DNA of 64,000 bases from a virus (Duplodnaviria > Caudoviricetes), in IMG/VR virus record IMGVR_UViG_3300025389_000011. The stretch is one strand, 5' to 3'. Numbering within the stretch: the first letter of the stretch is position 1; every line of letters begins with the position of its first letter. Under the pieces are notes generated by a model. The model worked only from the letters and a program-made list of their open reading frames with translations. It was not told the origin of the DNA and searched no databases. Both the position numbers and the translations under genes were made by a program. Positions 31,965-39,564 of the stretch are shown piece by piece.

Positions 31965-32543
31965 ATGAATCAGCCGCAAGATATAAATGGAGTTAACGTT
32001 CCACCAATCAACGTTAACGGTAATTGGGTAGACACAGTTAAAGATGCTATCCCTGATTATTGTAAAGATATTAAATTGAACTTAGAATCAATTATGACAC
32101 GACATGGACTTGATCCAGTTGACGCTCATGCATGTGCATACGCCGCAGCCATTGCCGCAAACAACGGTGCATTGGCATTTGAAATTGAAATGAATAGCCC
32201 ATTGTTTTCAGAAAATGCAGATGCAGAACGCAATGCAATGAAAACAGCATCAGCATTAATGGCAATGAATAACATTTATTATCCATTTGTTGAAATGACA
32301 GAAGATGCATCATTAAAAGGTTTGCCCCCTGGCTTACGCATGAATGCATACGCTAATCACGGTGGGGTAAGTAAAAAGAAATTTGAAATGTATGCATTAG
32401 CCGCAAGTATTGTTGGTAAGTGTGAATTCTGTGTTAAGAATCACTACGAGAACTTGAAAAAAGAGGGTTTAACTGTACAGCAATTACAAGCAATTGGTAA
32501 GATTGCCGCAATTGTCAATGCGATCGGTAAAGTAGCATTGTAA
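31965..32543 (+). CDS. ahpD: Alkyl hydroperoxide reductase AhpD
   Basis: IPDYCKDIKLNL, MAMNNIYY, GLRMN, ASIVGKCEFCVKNH; follows ahpC. Confidence 0.9.
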   Translation: MNQPQDINGVNVPPINVNGNWVDTVKDAIPDYCKDIKLNLESIMTRHGLDPVDAHACAYAAAIAANNGALAFEIEMNSPLFSENADAERNAMKTASALMAMNNIYYPFVEMTEDASLKGLPPGLRMNAYANHGGVSKKKFEMYALAASIVGKCEFCVKNHYENLKKEGLTVQQLQAIGKIAAIVNAIGKVAL

Positions 32544-32544
32544 A

Positions 32545-33090
32545 ATGGAAGTTGATAAGGACGCTTTTTCTAGCGGTCAAGTTGGCAGTAAAATTTGGCT
32601 GTGTGAAGAATTAGAGAAAACAGGCTGGAGTAGTAATACAACTCACATCTATGGTGGGTGGTATGGCATGACAGCCTTTCTTTTATTAAGTCGTGGGAAA
32701 TTTAAAGTTAACAATATCAGAAGTTATGACGTTGACCCACAATGTGAAATTATTGCTGATTTAGTAAATCAAAACTGGGTGTATCGTAATTGGATTTTCA
32801 AAGCCTTCACACAAGATTGCAATCAAGTAGTTGAAGGTGATAGAGATTTAGTTATCAATACATCAACAGAACATTTTGAATCAATGGATTGGTTCAACAA
32901 CATACCTGATGGTACACGAATAGTACTTCAGGGTAATGACATGCCGCATGATGACCATTATGTACATAGTGCATCATTAGATGATTTTATAACTCATTAT
33001 CCACTTAGTGAATATAAATTCACAGGTACAAAACATTTTCAATATGAAACATGGGGATTCACTAGATACATGATTATAGGTATAAAATGA
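32545..33090 (+). CDS. Class I SAM-dependent methyltransferase-like protein
   Basis: IYGGWYG, SYDVDPQC, VINTSTEH motifs. Confidence 0.7.
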   Translation: MEVDKDAFSSGQVGSKIWLCEELEKTGWSSNTTHIYGGWYGMTAFLLLSRGKFKVNNIRSYDVDPQCEIIADLVNQNWVYRNWIFKAFTQDCNQVVEGDRDLVINTSTEHFESMDWFNNIPDGTRIVLQGNDMPHDDHYVHSASLDDFITHYPLSEYKFTGTKHFQYETWGFTRYMIIGIK

Positions 33091-33635
33091 ACGATCCAAT
33101 AAATTTTATCACTAATGTAGTAGACCTTAATTTAGAAACAGGACCGTTTATAACAGGTAGCTATATGACATGGTTGCTTGAAAAAGAAATAGGATATACT
33201 CCTAAATGGCTACCTGATGACTTAGATATATGTTGTACCAATGAAGAACAGTTTGCAGAAGTAAAACACTATATTCAACCATTGGCTACTTCTATTAAAG
33301 AAACCAATTGGTTGGGTAATAGCGGTACTTATTGGACTATTGATGGTTTTAAATTTCAAGCATTTGTGCATCCAATAACAGTACAAGAACGATTAAATTG
33401 TGTAGATTATACAATGGGTGCTATTGCATATGACGGTGTTCGTTACATTACAAATAAAAGTACAATGCACGATATAATCAATAAAGTAATTAGATTAAAC
33501 GATGATATATTTGATTGGCCTGTTGAAAGTATTACGGGACGTTATAAAAAATATCTTAGCAGAGGTTATAAAGACTTAAATAATGATACACTAACAAAAC
33601 TTAATACTATATATGGCCTCAATGGAACAATTTAA
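33087..33635 (+). CDS. Nucleotidyltransferase-like protein
   Basis: FITGSY...DDLDIC (GG/S + DxD) and DYTMGAIAYDG, resembling a PolA/CCA head domain. Confidence 0.55.
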   Translation: MNDPINFITNVVDLNLETGPFITGSYMTWLLEKEIGYTPKWLPDDLDICCTNEEQFAEVKHYIQPLATSIKETNWLGNSGTYWTIDGFKFQAFVHPITVQERLNCVDYTMGAIAYDGVRYITNKSTMHDIINKVIRLNDDIFDWPVESITGRYKKYLSRGYKDLNNDTLTKLNTIYGLNGTI

Positions 33636-34317
33636 AACATATTTGCAACCAGATAATAAAAACTTATTTCAAGTTTTTAGTTCCAACATGTTAAACATTG
33701 ATTGGAAAAATGTTTCTATATTAGACTATGGGTGTAACCAAGGTAACTATCTTAATAGCGCCCGAGGTTATATAAACACACAAAAATATGTTGGTGCAGA
33801 CATAATGTTAAAATCCATTATGGCTGCAACAAGTATACACACAGATTGTAATTTTTTACATTATGATAAATGGCATCAGGCTTGGAATCCAAATGGTGAT
33901 AAAAATTTAAAATTATCAAATGTCCCAATGGGTAGGAAATTTGATGTTATATTATGCTATAGTGTATTCACTCATACTACTTTTGAACAAACAATGGATG
34001 AGTTAAATGATTTGAAAAAAATGTTAAATCCAAATGGAATAATATTGTTTACTATTTGGAGCAAAGATATTTACCCTACATTTAATAAATGGCTATCAGA
34101 ACGGTATGATAATATATCGGGTAATACATTAAAGTGTGAAAAGTTTGCATATTGGCTAAACACTTCTGTGTTAGTCACAGATACTTTTAATTACATAAGC
34201 AAAGAAACAGAGTCGTTTAATAGTTTTTACGATTTAGAATGGTTTAAACAAAATACCAATGCAGTACATTTAGGTAGACCAAACAATCAGCATCAAGAAC
34301 TATATTATATAAGATGA
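33613..34317 (+). CDS. Class I SAM-dependent methyltransferase
   Basis: ILDYGCNQG, YVGADI, FDVILCYSVFTH, LNPNG. Confidence 0.85.
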   Translation: MASMEQFKTYLQPDNKNLFQVFSSNMLNIDWKNVSILDYGCNQGNYLNSARGYINTQKYVGADIMLKSIMAATSIHTDCNFLHYDKWHQAWNPNGDKNLKLSNVPMGRKFDVILCYSVFTHTTFEQTMDELNDLKKMLNPNGIILFTIWSKDIYPTFNKWLSERYDNISGNTLKCEKFAYWLNTSVLVTDTFNYISKETESFNSFYDLEWFKQNTNAVHLGRPNNQHQELYYIR

Positions 34318-34838
34318 AAATTATTATCACAGGACACACCAAAGGACTAGGGTTAGCAATTTACAATTATTTTGTTAATCAAGGTCATGAGGTAATAGGT
34401 TTATCTAGAACTACTGGCTATGATTTAGAGTTAAAATCATTAGATGTTATTGATTTTGTAAAAGATTCTAATTGCGATTATTTTTTTAATAATGCATATT
34501 GTCATAACATACAAACATTTATATTAAAAAAGACAGCACCTTTTGTTAAGGTAATTACTTCTGGTAGTATGGGCTCCAATGAATATGTTATGGGTAAAAG
34601 AGATAATCCCTATTATACTAATAAATATCATTTAGAGATGGCTCATATAGAGATTAAAAAAAATAATCCTTTACCTATGTTGTTGCTAAAAATGGGTTAT
34701 TTAGAAAGTTATCCGGATAAAGATCCTATATTGTATAGCGAAGTATTACAAGCAATTGATTTTTGGTTAACTAACCCTAGAGTAAGTATGATTGAGTTTG
34801 GAAACATTAATTATGATAAAAATATTAAATTCGATTGA
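34314..34838 (+). CDS. Short-chain dehydrogenase/reductase-like protein
   Basis: TGHTKGLG Rossmann motif, NNA, YxxxK (YYTNK). Confidence 0.75.
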   Translation: MKIIITGHTKGLGLAIYNYFVNQGHEVIGLSRTTGYDLELKSLDVIDFVKDSNCDYFFNNAYCHNIQTFILKKTAPFVKVITSGSMGSNEYVMGKRDNPYYTNKYHLEMAHIEIKKNNPLPMLLLKMGYLESYPDKDPILYSEVLQAIDFWLTNPRVSMIEFGNINYDKNIKFD

Positions 34839-35367
34839 TATAACAGACATTCTAGCTGAATATCATAGATTAGAACCCGGCATTCAATGGACAAGCAGTG
34901 GTCACAAAGGTCGTCAAGCCGGTTTACAGTATAAATCTGAATCAGAGCCATGGGTGACTGAATCAAAAATAAATCCAGAGACTAATCAGCCATGGACTAA
35001 AAATGAATGGAATAGTGCTGTTGGTAGAAATCGTGGTATGGAACTAGAGTACAATATGTTGAATCCATACTTCAAAGACACGATTTTTGAAAAACTAATC
35101 GTTGACTATAAGATGTACAGAACACGATTTATGTGGGTCAATAGGATGAGTTGTTATAGTATACATAAAGATTCTACACCTAGAGTACATTTCCCATTGA
35201 TTACTAATCCTGAGTGCTACTTTGTTTTCAAAGAAAATGATACTACCGCTTCGATAACATACATGGAAACAGGAAATGTTTATTGGGCTGATACCAGAAA
35301 AAACCATACATTTATTAACTGTTCTGAAATGGAAAGATTGCACTTAGTTGGTGTAGTAGCTGAATAA
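34813..35367 (+). CDS. Cupin/2OG-Fe(II) oxygenase-like (Asp/Asn beta-hydroxylase-like)
   Basis: YSIHKD (HxD), RVHFPLITNP, DTRKNHTFIN, RLHLV. Confidence 0.7.
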   Translation: MIKILNSIDITDILAEYHRLEPGIQWTSSGHKGRQAGLQYKSESEPWVTESKINPETNQPWTKNEWNSAVGRNRGMELEYNMLNPYFKDTIFEKLIVDYKMYRTRFMWVNRMSCYSIHKDSTPRVHFPLITNPECYFVFKENDTTASITYMETGNVYWADTRKNHTFINCSEMERLHLVGVVAE

Positions 35368-35368
35368 C

Positions 35369-35917
35369 ATGGATAAGATTGATACATTAACATTATCAAC
35401 AGAAAATAAAACCGAATTCATTGACAAACTAACTAATGGATTACTAGAATTTTTTGAAACTGATAGCGTAGACAACTTTCATGAAAACTATGGTTATCAA
35501 TTGCCATGGAGTTTACTTAGTTTGATTCGTGATGACAAGATAGACACATATACATTGGTATATGTTAACGATAGAATTTGGGGTGGTAGTGGTGGAATGA
35601 TACGAGACATGGATAGCAAAAAAGTTTATCAAGGTGGGTTTCGTTGGTTCTCAAATGCAAAAAATCATGTTAGTGGTTTAGGTTATATGAAAACCTATAT
35701 ACACACATATACCATGACTGACCAATTTATCAGAGCAAAAGAACAAAACTGTGAACAGTACATTTTATCATTCAATACGTACAATGATAGATTTTTTAAG
35801 ATAAGTAAAAATTATCACTTGAGAAAAGCATTCCCTGATGTTGTGTTTAAACCCAGTGATGGTCATGTGATGTTCAATGGTGTCATGCAACAGATATTAA
35901 TTGTGGATTTAAAATAA
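35369..35917 (+). CDS. Hypothetical protein (possibly GNAT-like)
   Basis: WGGSGG...YQGGFRWF pattern; fold uncertain. Confidence 0.45.
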   Translation: MDKIDTLTLSTENKTEFIDKLTNGLLEFFETDSVDNFHENYGYQLPWSLLSLIRDDKIDTYTLVYVNDRIWGGSGGMIRDMDSKKVYQGGFRWFSNAKNHVSGLGYMKTYIHTYTMTDQFIRAKEQNCEQYILSFNTYNDRFFKISKNYHLRKAFPDVVFKPSDGHVMFNGVMQQILIVDLK

Positions 35918-35918
35918 C

Positions 35919-36557
35919 ATGTTTACTATAATCAAAGACTGTAGTCCATATTATATAACGTTTACATACGAAGGATTACCTGAATACATTAAGCTATTAC
36001 AAAGTATTGCCAATAAGTCAGAGTTTGTTGTATCTAATAATAAAAGCGTTACCGCAATTCAAGAAATAGTTCCTAGTTATCAAACAAAAGAATTTTATGT
36101 AAAGGATGAAAAAGATTTGTCTTTGGTTATAGATAACAACCCAGTTAAACGTTTGTTGAACTTAGATAAAAGCGCGGCTTTTTTAACAACACTCCCAGGC
36201 GTTAAAAGTCCTATACATCTTGACATAAACGGTGCAACTAATAAACCTGTACAATTTAGAATTAACTATCCCATTTTTGTCCATGACACTAATTGCATTA
36301 CAAGCTGGTACTCATCAGATGGTATTGTTCCGCATGAAAAAATATCATATATAGCTGACCCTACGTTAAGTACTCCAAACCGATTAGAATCTTTGTGTTT
36401 TTCTCAAGAGTATGCTATATTATTTAACACAACAATATACCATGATTGGGACAACACAACAAGTACCAATGACAGAACTATAATTGGAATGAAGGCAGAT
36501 AAGAATCAACACAATACAACGTATGAGGATGCAAGAAAAATTTTATTTGGAATCTAA
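35919..36557 (+). CDS. Cupin/2OG-Fe(II) oxygenase-like
   Basis: PIHLD, RINYPI, FNTTIYHDW, RTII. Confidence 0.6.
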   Translation: MFTIIKDCSPYYITFTYEGLPEYIKLLQSIANKSEFVVSNNKSVTAIQEIVPSYQTKEFYVKDEKDLSLVIDNNPVKRLLNLDKSAAFLTTLPGVKSPIHLDINGATNKPVQFRINYPIFVHDTNCITSWYSSDGIVPHEKISYIADPTLSTPNRLESLCFSQEYAILFNTTIYHDWDNTTSTNDRTIIGMKADKNQHNTTYEDARKILFGI

Positions 36558-36558
36558 G

Positions 36559-37209
36559 ATGAGTATTAATTTATTATTTGCAACGGTTGATTTGCCACCA
36601 ATCAACAAACAACAAGCAGTTAAAGAAATAGAACCTTTACTAAACACAGATGCTGTGTTTTGGGATGCCTATAGAGAAATCAGTATGATTCCCTTAGTAA
36701 CTAAGACGGGACAACTAGGTGCTGAAAGCATATCTAATCGTCATCAAGGTGAGTTTGTTTGGGCTAGTCACACTCCTCCTACTATCAAAGAATACTTTGA
36801 CAATGTTGTGTTTCCTTGGATAGGTATGCGTAGTAGATTAATGATTCTTATCACTCAACCAGGTGCAAAGAATGCAATACACATAGACAGTAAGATACAT
36901 GAAGTGGGTACAAAGAAACATAAGTTTCGTATTGTGTTGCAAGGACGAACTGATACATTATTCTTTAGAACAAAGACAGGTGACGTTCATGTTCCAGAAG
37001 TAGACGGTGCATTCTTAATGGATGGTAGTTGGGTTCATGGTATGGACAATGAAACAGACAACGTAAAATTGACACTAGCATTGGGTAGCCCCTGGGAAGG
37101 ATTCGATGAGTATGGCCCGGAAGTAAAAATCCTTATGGACCGTAGAGACTATCAACTACCTGACAACCTCAGTCAATACGAAGAAAAACCCGGGACCGCT
37201 ACGTATTAG
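36559..37209 (+). CDS. Cupin/2OG-Fe(II) oxygenase-like
   Basis: AIHID and DGSWVHGMDN. Confidence 0.6.
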   Translation: MSINLLFATVDLPPINKQQAVKEIEPLLNTDAVFWDAYREISMIPLVTKTGQLGAESISNRHQGEFVWASHTPPTIKEYFDNVVFPWIGMRSRLMILITQPGAKNAIHIDSKIHEVGTKKHKFRIVLQGRTDTLFFRTKTGDVHVPEVDGAFLMDGSWVHGMDNETDNVKLTLALGSPWEGFDEYGPEVKILMDRRDYQLPDNLSQYEEKPGTATY

Positions 37210-37229
37210 TGTTTTGGGCAACAAAGTGT

Positions 37230-37258
37230 TTGACAATATATCAAGACTTTGCTATACT
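37230..37258 (+). promoter_or_regulatory. Sigma70-type promoter upstream of the leader/RNA island
   Basis: TTGACA-17nt-TATACT. Confidence 0.85.
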
Positions 37259-37325
37259 ACACGTAATGAATCAAAAAGGAGTACTTATTTGTACTAATTT
37301 GTAAACAGGGATAAATAACTATACT

Positions 37326-37481
37326 ATGAAACATATTAACTGTCAATTGCTGAACCATACGATAGCATCAATGCAGATGCCATTGGCAGCCTTTGAGGGT
37401 AAAAATATCCCAAGTATTCGCTGGTCATATAATGATACAAGTTTACGTAGGGGTTTCATAGCAGGAGTCAGTTACACTTAA
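37326..37481 (+). CDS. Putative attenuator leader peptide, 51 aa
   Basis: MKHINCQLLNHTIASMQMPLAAFEGKNIPSIRWSYNDTSLRRGFIAGVSYT, starting 8 nt after ATAAATA; contains the antiterminator strand 37449-37460. Confidence 0.6.
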   Translation: MKHINCQLLNHTIASMQMPLAAFEGKNIPSIRWSYNDTSLRRGFIAGVSYT

Positions 37482-37504
37482 AGTAACACTCTAACAAGTT
37501 TATG

Positions 37505-37544
37505 AAACCCCTGAAGATGAAAGTTTTCAGGGGTTTTTGTTTTT
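37505..37544 (+). terminator. Intrinsic terminator, mutually exclusive with the antiterminator 37449-37460/37501-37512
   Basis: AAACCCCTGAAGA-tgaaag-TTTTCAGGGGTTT 13-bp stem followed by TTGTTTTT. Confidence 0.9.
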
Positions 37545-37555
37545 ATGAAAGGAAA

Positions 37556-37732
37556 ATGATGGAGTATAAAAATATAGATTATACTAAATTAAACGAACAA
37601 ATTGTTAAACAGGCTTTTGCTTCCGCTAGTCAGTTCTTAACTGAAGAACAGAAACAAAAACTTATTGATGATAAGTTTAAACGTGCTGAAGCATACATCC
37701 AAGCTAGGAAAAAAATTCCTAATTTAGTGTAA
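37556..37732 (+). CDS. Small hypothetical protein downstream of the attenuator
   Basis: 58 aa with AAAGGA RBS. Confidence 0.6.
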   Translation: MMEYKNIDYTKLNEQIVKQAFASASQFLTEEQKQKLIDDKFKRAEAYIQARKKIPNLV

Positions 37733-37739
37733 CTTAGTA

Positions 37740-37956
37740 CAACGTGTGCATAGGAAACGAGGTCCTAGCCCGCACGTAAAACATGGGCAAACGGGCGGAC
37801 AGTAGGATGAAATCTGTGGCGATAACGCAGAGACTAAAATCACTGGTTGGGGTATCGACCCCAACATAACGCAAGAAATTGCGTTATTCACTAGTACTTT
37901 GTGAGAACAACGCCCTGACCCCTGAAAGGTTAAGCATAGAGTACTAATGAATAACA
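37740..37956 (+). ncRNA. Unassigned structured RNA
   Basis: Stems ACGTGTG/CGCACGT, TAGG/CCTA, TCTGT/GCAGA, GTTGGGG/CCCCAAC and a long GTTATTCAcTAGTACT/AGTACTAaTGAATAAC hairpin. Confidence 0.55.
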
Positions 37957-37960
37957 AAAA

Positions 37961-38659
37961 TTAAATACAGAATTCTTTAAAGAGTTCGTATCCTTGTTCC
38001 CATGTAGATATCTGTTCTAAGGGAAAACGATAGCTTAATCCAGCTCTATACTCTGCACCTGGTGGATAAGTTACACTATGTGGTACAGTTGGGTTTACCA
38101 AAGTTGTACAATGTCTTTTAAGTGTATATGTGTGTAAACGTTCAAAGTTATGTGCAAAGTTTACTGTTATTGGTTCTACATTACCGTACCAGCAACCTCT
38201 AATTCTAGTTCTAGGTTCGTTTGGTCTAACTGTTTTGACATCAGAATACCATTCTTTAGCACCAGCTACGTCCCACCATTTGAATTCTGCATCGGTTTCA
38301 GAAAGTTCCCAGTTGATAGAAAAGGGTATCTTTACCCATTTGCCATCAACTTCAAAAACATCACTATGAACAATGTCCGGAAAGTTAGGATATAAATCTC
38401 TACGTGCATGTCCAAATACAAGGACCCACATAGGTGTTAGATTTTTTGATTTAAAAATTTCTGATAATTCTGGATTTATAATAGTATCAATAATTTCAGT
38501 AGAGCCAACATAAAGAAATTTTCTTCCTTGTATTGGTTCTCCTTTACCAGCTGCCTTATCTGTATTGATTAAGTCAATACATGATGGATCCTTTAATGGA
38601 TATGGTAATTTTACTTCTGCTTGATATTTAGGTATAGTCATACAGTATTTATCAAGCAT
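37961..38659 (-). CDS. Cupin/2OG-Fe(II) oxygenase-like, inserted antisense within the RNA island
   Basis: IVHSD, FSINWEL, NPTVPHSV, RAGLSYRF; similar motif order to 35919-36557. Confidence 0.6.
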   Translation of the reverse strand: MLDKYCMTIPKYQAEVKLPYPLKDPSCIDLINTDKAAGKGEPIQGRKFLYVGSTEIIDTIINPELSEIFKSKNLTPMWVLVFGHARRDLYPNFPDIVHSDVFEVDGKWVKIPFSINWELSETDAEFKWWDVAGAKEWYSDVKTVRPNEPRTRIRGCWYGNVEPITVNFAHNFERLHTYTLKRHCTTLVNPTVPHSVTYPPGAEYRAGLSYRFPLEQISTWEQGYELFKEFCI

Positions 38660-38679
38660 GTAACTAATAATAAAAATAT

Positions 38680-38756
38680 GCTCCCGTAACTCAGTGGATT
38701 AGAGTACTGTGCTACGAACGCAGGAGTCGGAGGTTCGAACCCTTCCGGGAGCGCCA
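38680..38756 (+). tRNA. tRNA-Arg(ACG)
   Basis: Full cloverleaf, loop CT-ACG-AA, encoded CCA. Confidence 0.95.
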
Positions 38757-38764
38757 AAGAATAT

Positions 38765-38840
38765 ACCCTCTTCGCCAAGTTGGTAAGGCATCGGATTTTG
38801 ATTCCGACATGCGGTGGTTCGAGTCCATCAGGGGGTGCCA
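38765..38840 (+). tRNA. tRNA-Gln(TTG)
   Basis: Cloverleaf, TCGGA/TCCGA stem, CCA. Confidence 0.93.
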
Positions 38841-38841
38841 A

Positions 38842-38917
38842 GGTAATATAGCATAGCGGCTAATGCAACTGCTTCATACGCAGTCTATCGATGGTTCGAG
38901 TCCATCTATTACCACCA
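38842..38917 (+). tRNA. tRNA-Met(CAT), probably elongator
   Basis: Cloverleaf, G1-C72 paired, CCA. Confidence 0.85.
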
Positions 38918-38923
38918 ATCATT

Positions 38924-39000
38924 GCCTCAATAGCTCATTTGGTTAGAGCACCGTCTTGATAAGGCGGGGGTGCCTAGTTCGAATCTAGGTTGAGGCACCA
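38924..39000 (+). tRNA. tRNA-Ile(GAT)
   Basis: Cloverleaf, CCA. Confidence 0.95.
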
Positions 39001-39004
39001 ATAT

Positions 39005-39080
39005 GCCGATGTAGCTCAGTTGGTAGAGCACCTGTCTGAAGAACAGGGTGTCGCAAGTTCAACTCTTGCCGTCGGTACCA
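39005..39080 (+). tRNA. tRNA-Phe(GAA)
   Basis: Cloverleaf, CCA. Confidence 0.95.
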
Positions 39081-39249
39081 AACAATTCTAATTGAACAAA
39101 TTCATTTGCTAGTTCACTTGTTAGAATAGGATCAAGAACAAATTCTTTACTGTTTGTATAAGATGCACGTGCCTTATACTTTTCATCAGAAAAGTGTTTA
39201 TACAATAACATAAATTCTGTATATTCATTAGAGTTCATAATGTATTTAT

Positions 39250-39327
39250 GCCCCCGTGGACAAATTGGCAAAGTCGTTTCTCTCAAAAGGAAAAATTTTC
39301 TCCGTTCAACTCGGAGCGGGGGTACCA
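39250..39327 (+). tRNA. tRNA-Leu(CAA) with an unusually short variable region
   Basis: GCCCCCG/CGGGGGT acceptor, loop CT-CAA-AA, variable segment AATTTT only. Confidence 0.85.
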
Positions 39328-39563
39328 GTATTTCAACATCCGACCTAACGCTGGCAACAGAGGAAGTTCGGGACTTGTGGCAAGTGCGAGTGGGAGAAAT
39401 TTACTTTGTTATTTGTCTGAAATTTACTTTGTTATTTCGTTAAACCACCGTGATATAACAAGCAACACAAACAGAATCAGGTAACACTTGCACTATTGGT
39501 TCGGGTTGTGGCAAAGATTAATGTTAGGATAGAACAGAATCCCGGCTACGGGGTGTTGAATAT
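39328..39563 (+). ncRNA. rnpB: Minimal RNase P RNA (catalytic domain retained, specificity domain replaced)
   Basis: CR-I GAGGAAGTTCGGGAC (39360-74) pairs with CR-V ACAGAATCCCGGCTA (39534-48) to form P4 with a bulged U. P1, P2, P3, P5, P6, P7, P15 and P16 all pair. J5/15 CAA, AGATTAA (CR-IV-like) and L15 GGT are present. Confidence 0.9.
39396..39437 (+). repeat. 19-nt direct repeat GAAATTTACTTTGTTATTT x2 inside the RNase P RNA
   Basis: Identical copies at 39396-39414 and 39419-39437. Confidence 0.95.
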
Positions 39564-39564
39564 T

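Noticed and set aside
37798-37845. Hammerhead ribozyme
   Set aside because: The CUGAUGA/GAAA core is not properly present (GGATGAAA...CTAAAA only).
39059-39238. 59-aa minus-strand ORF between tRNA-Phe and tRNA-Leu
   Set aside because: It overlaps the tRNA-Phe 3' end and has no clear RBS or homology cue; it could be a real insert but is unsupported.
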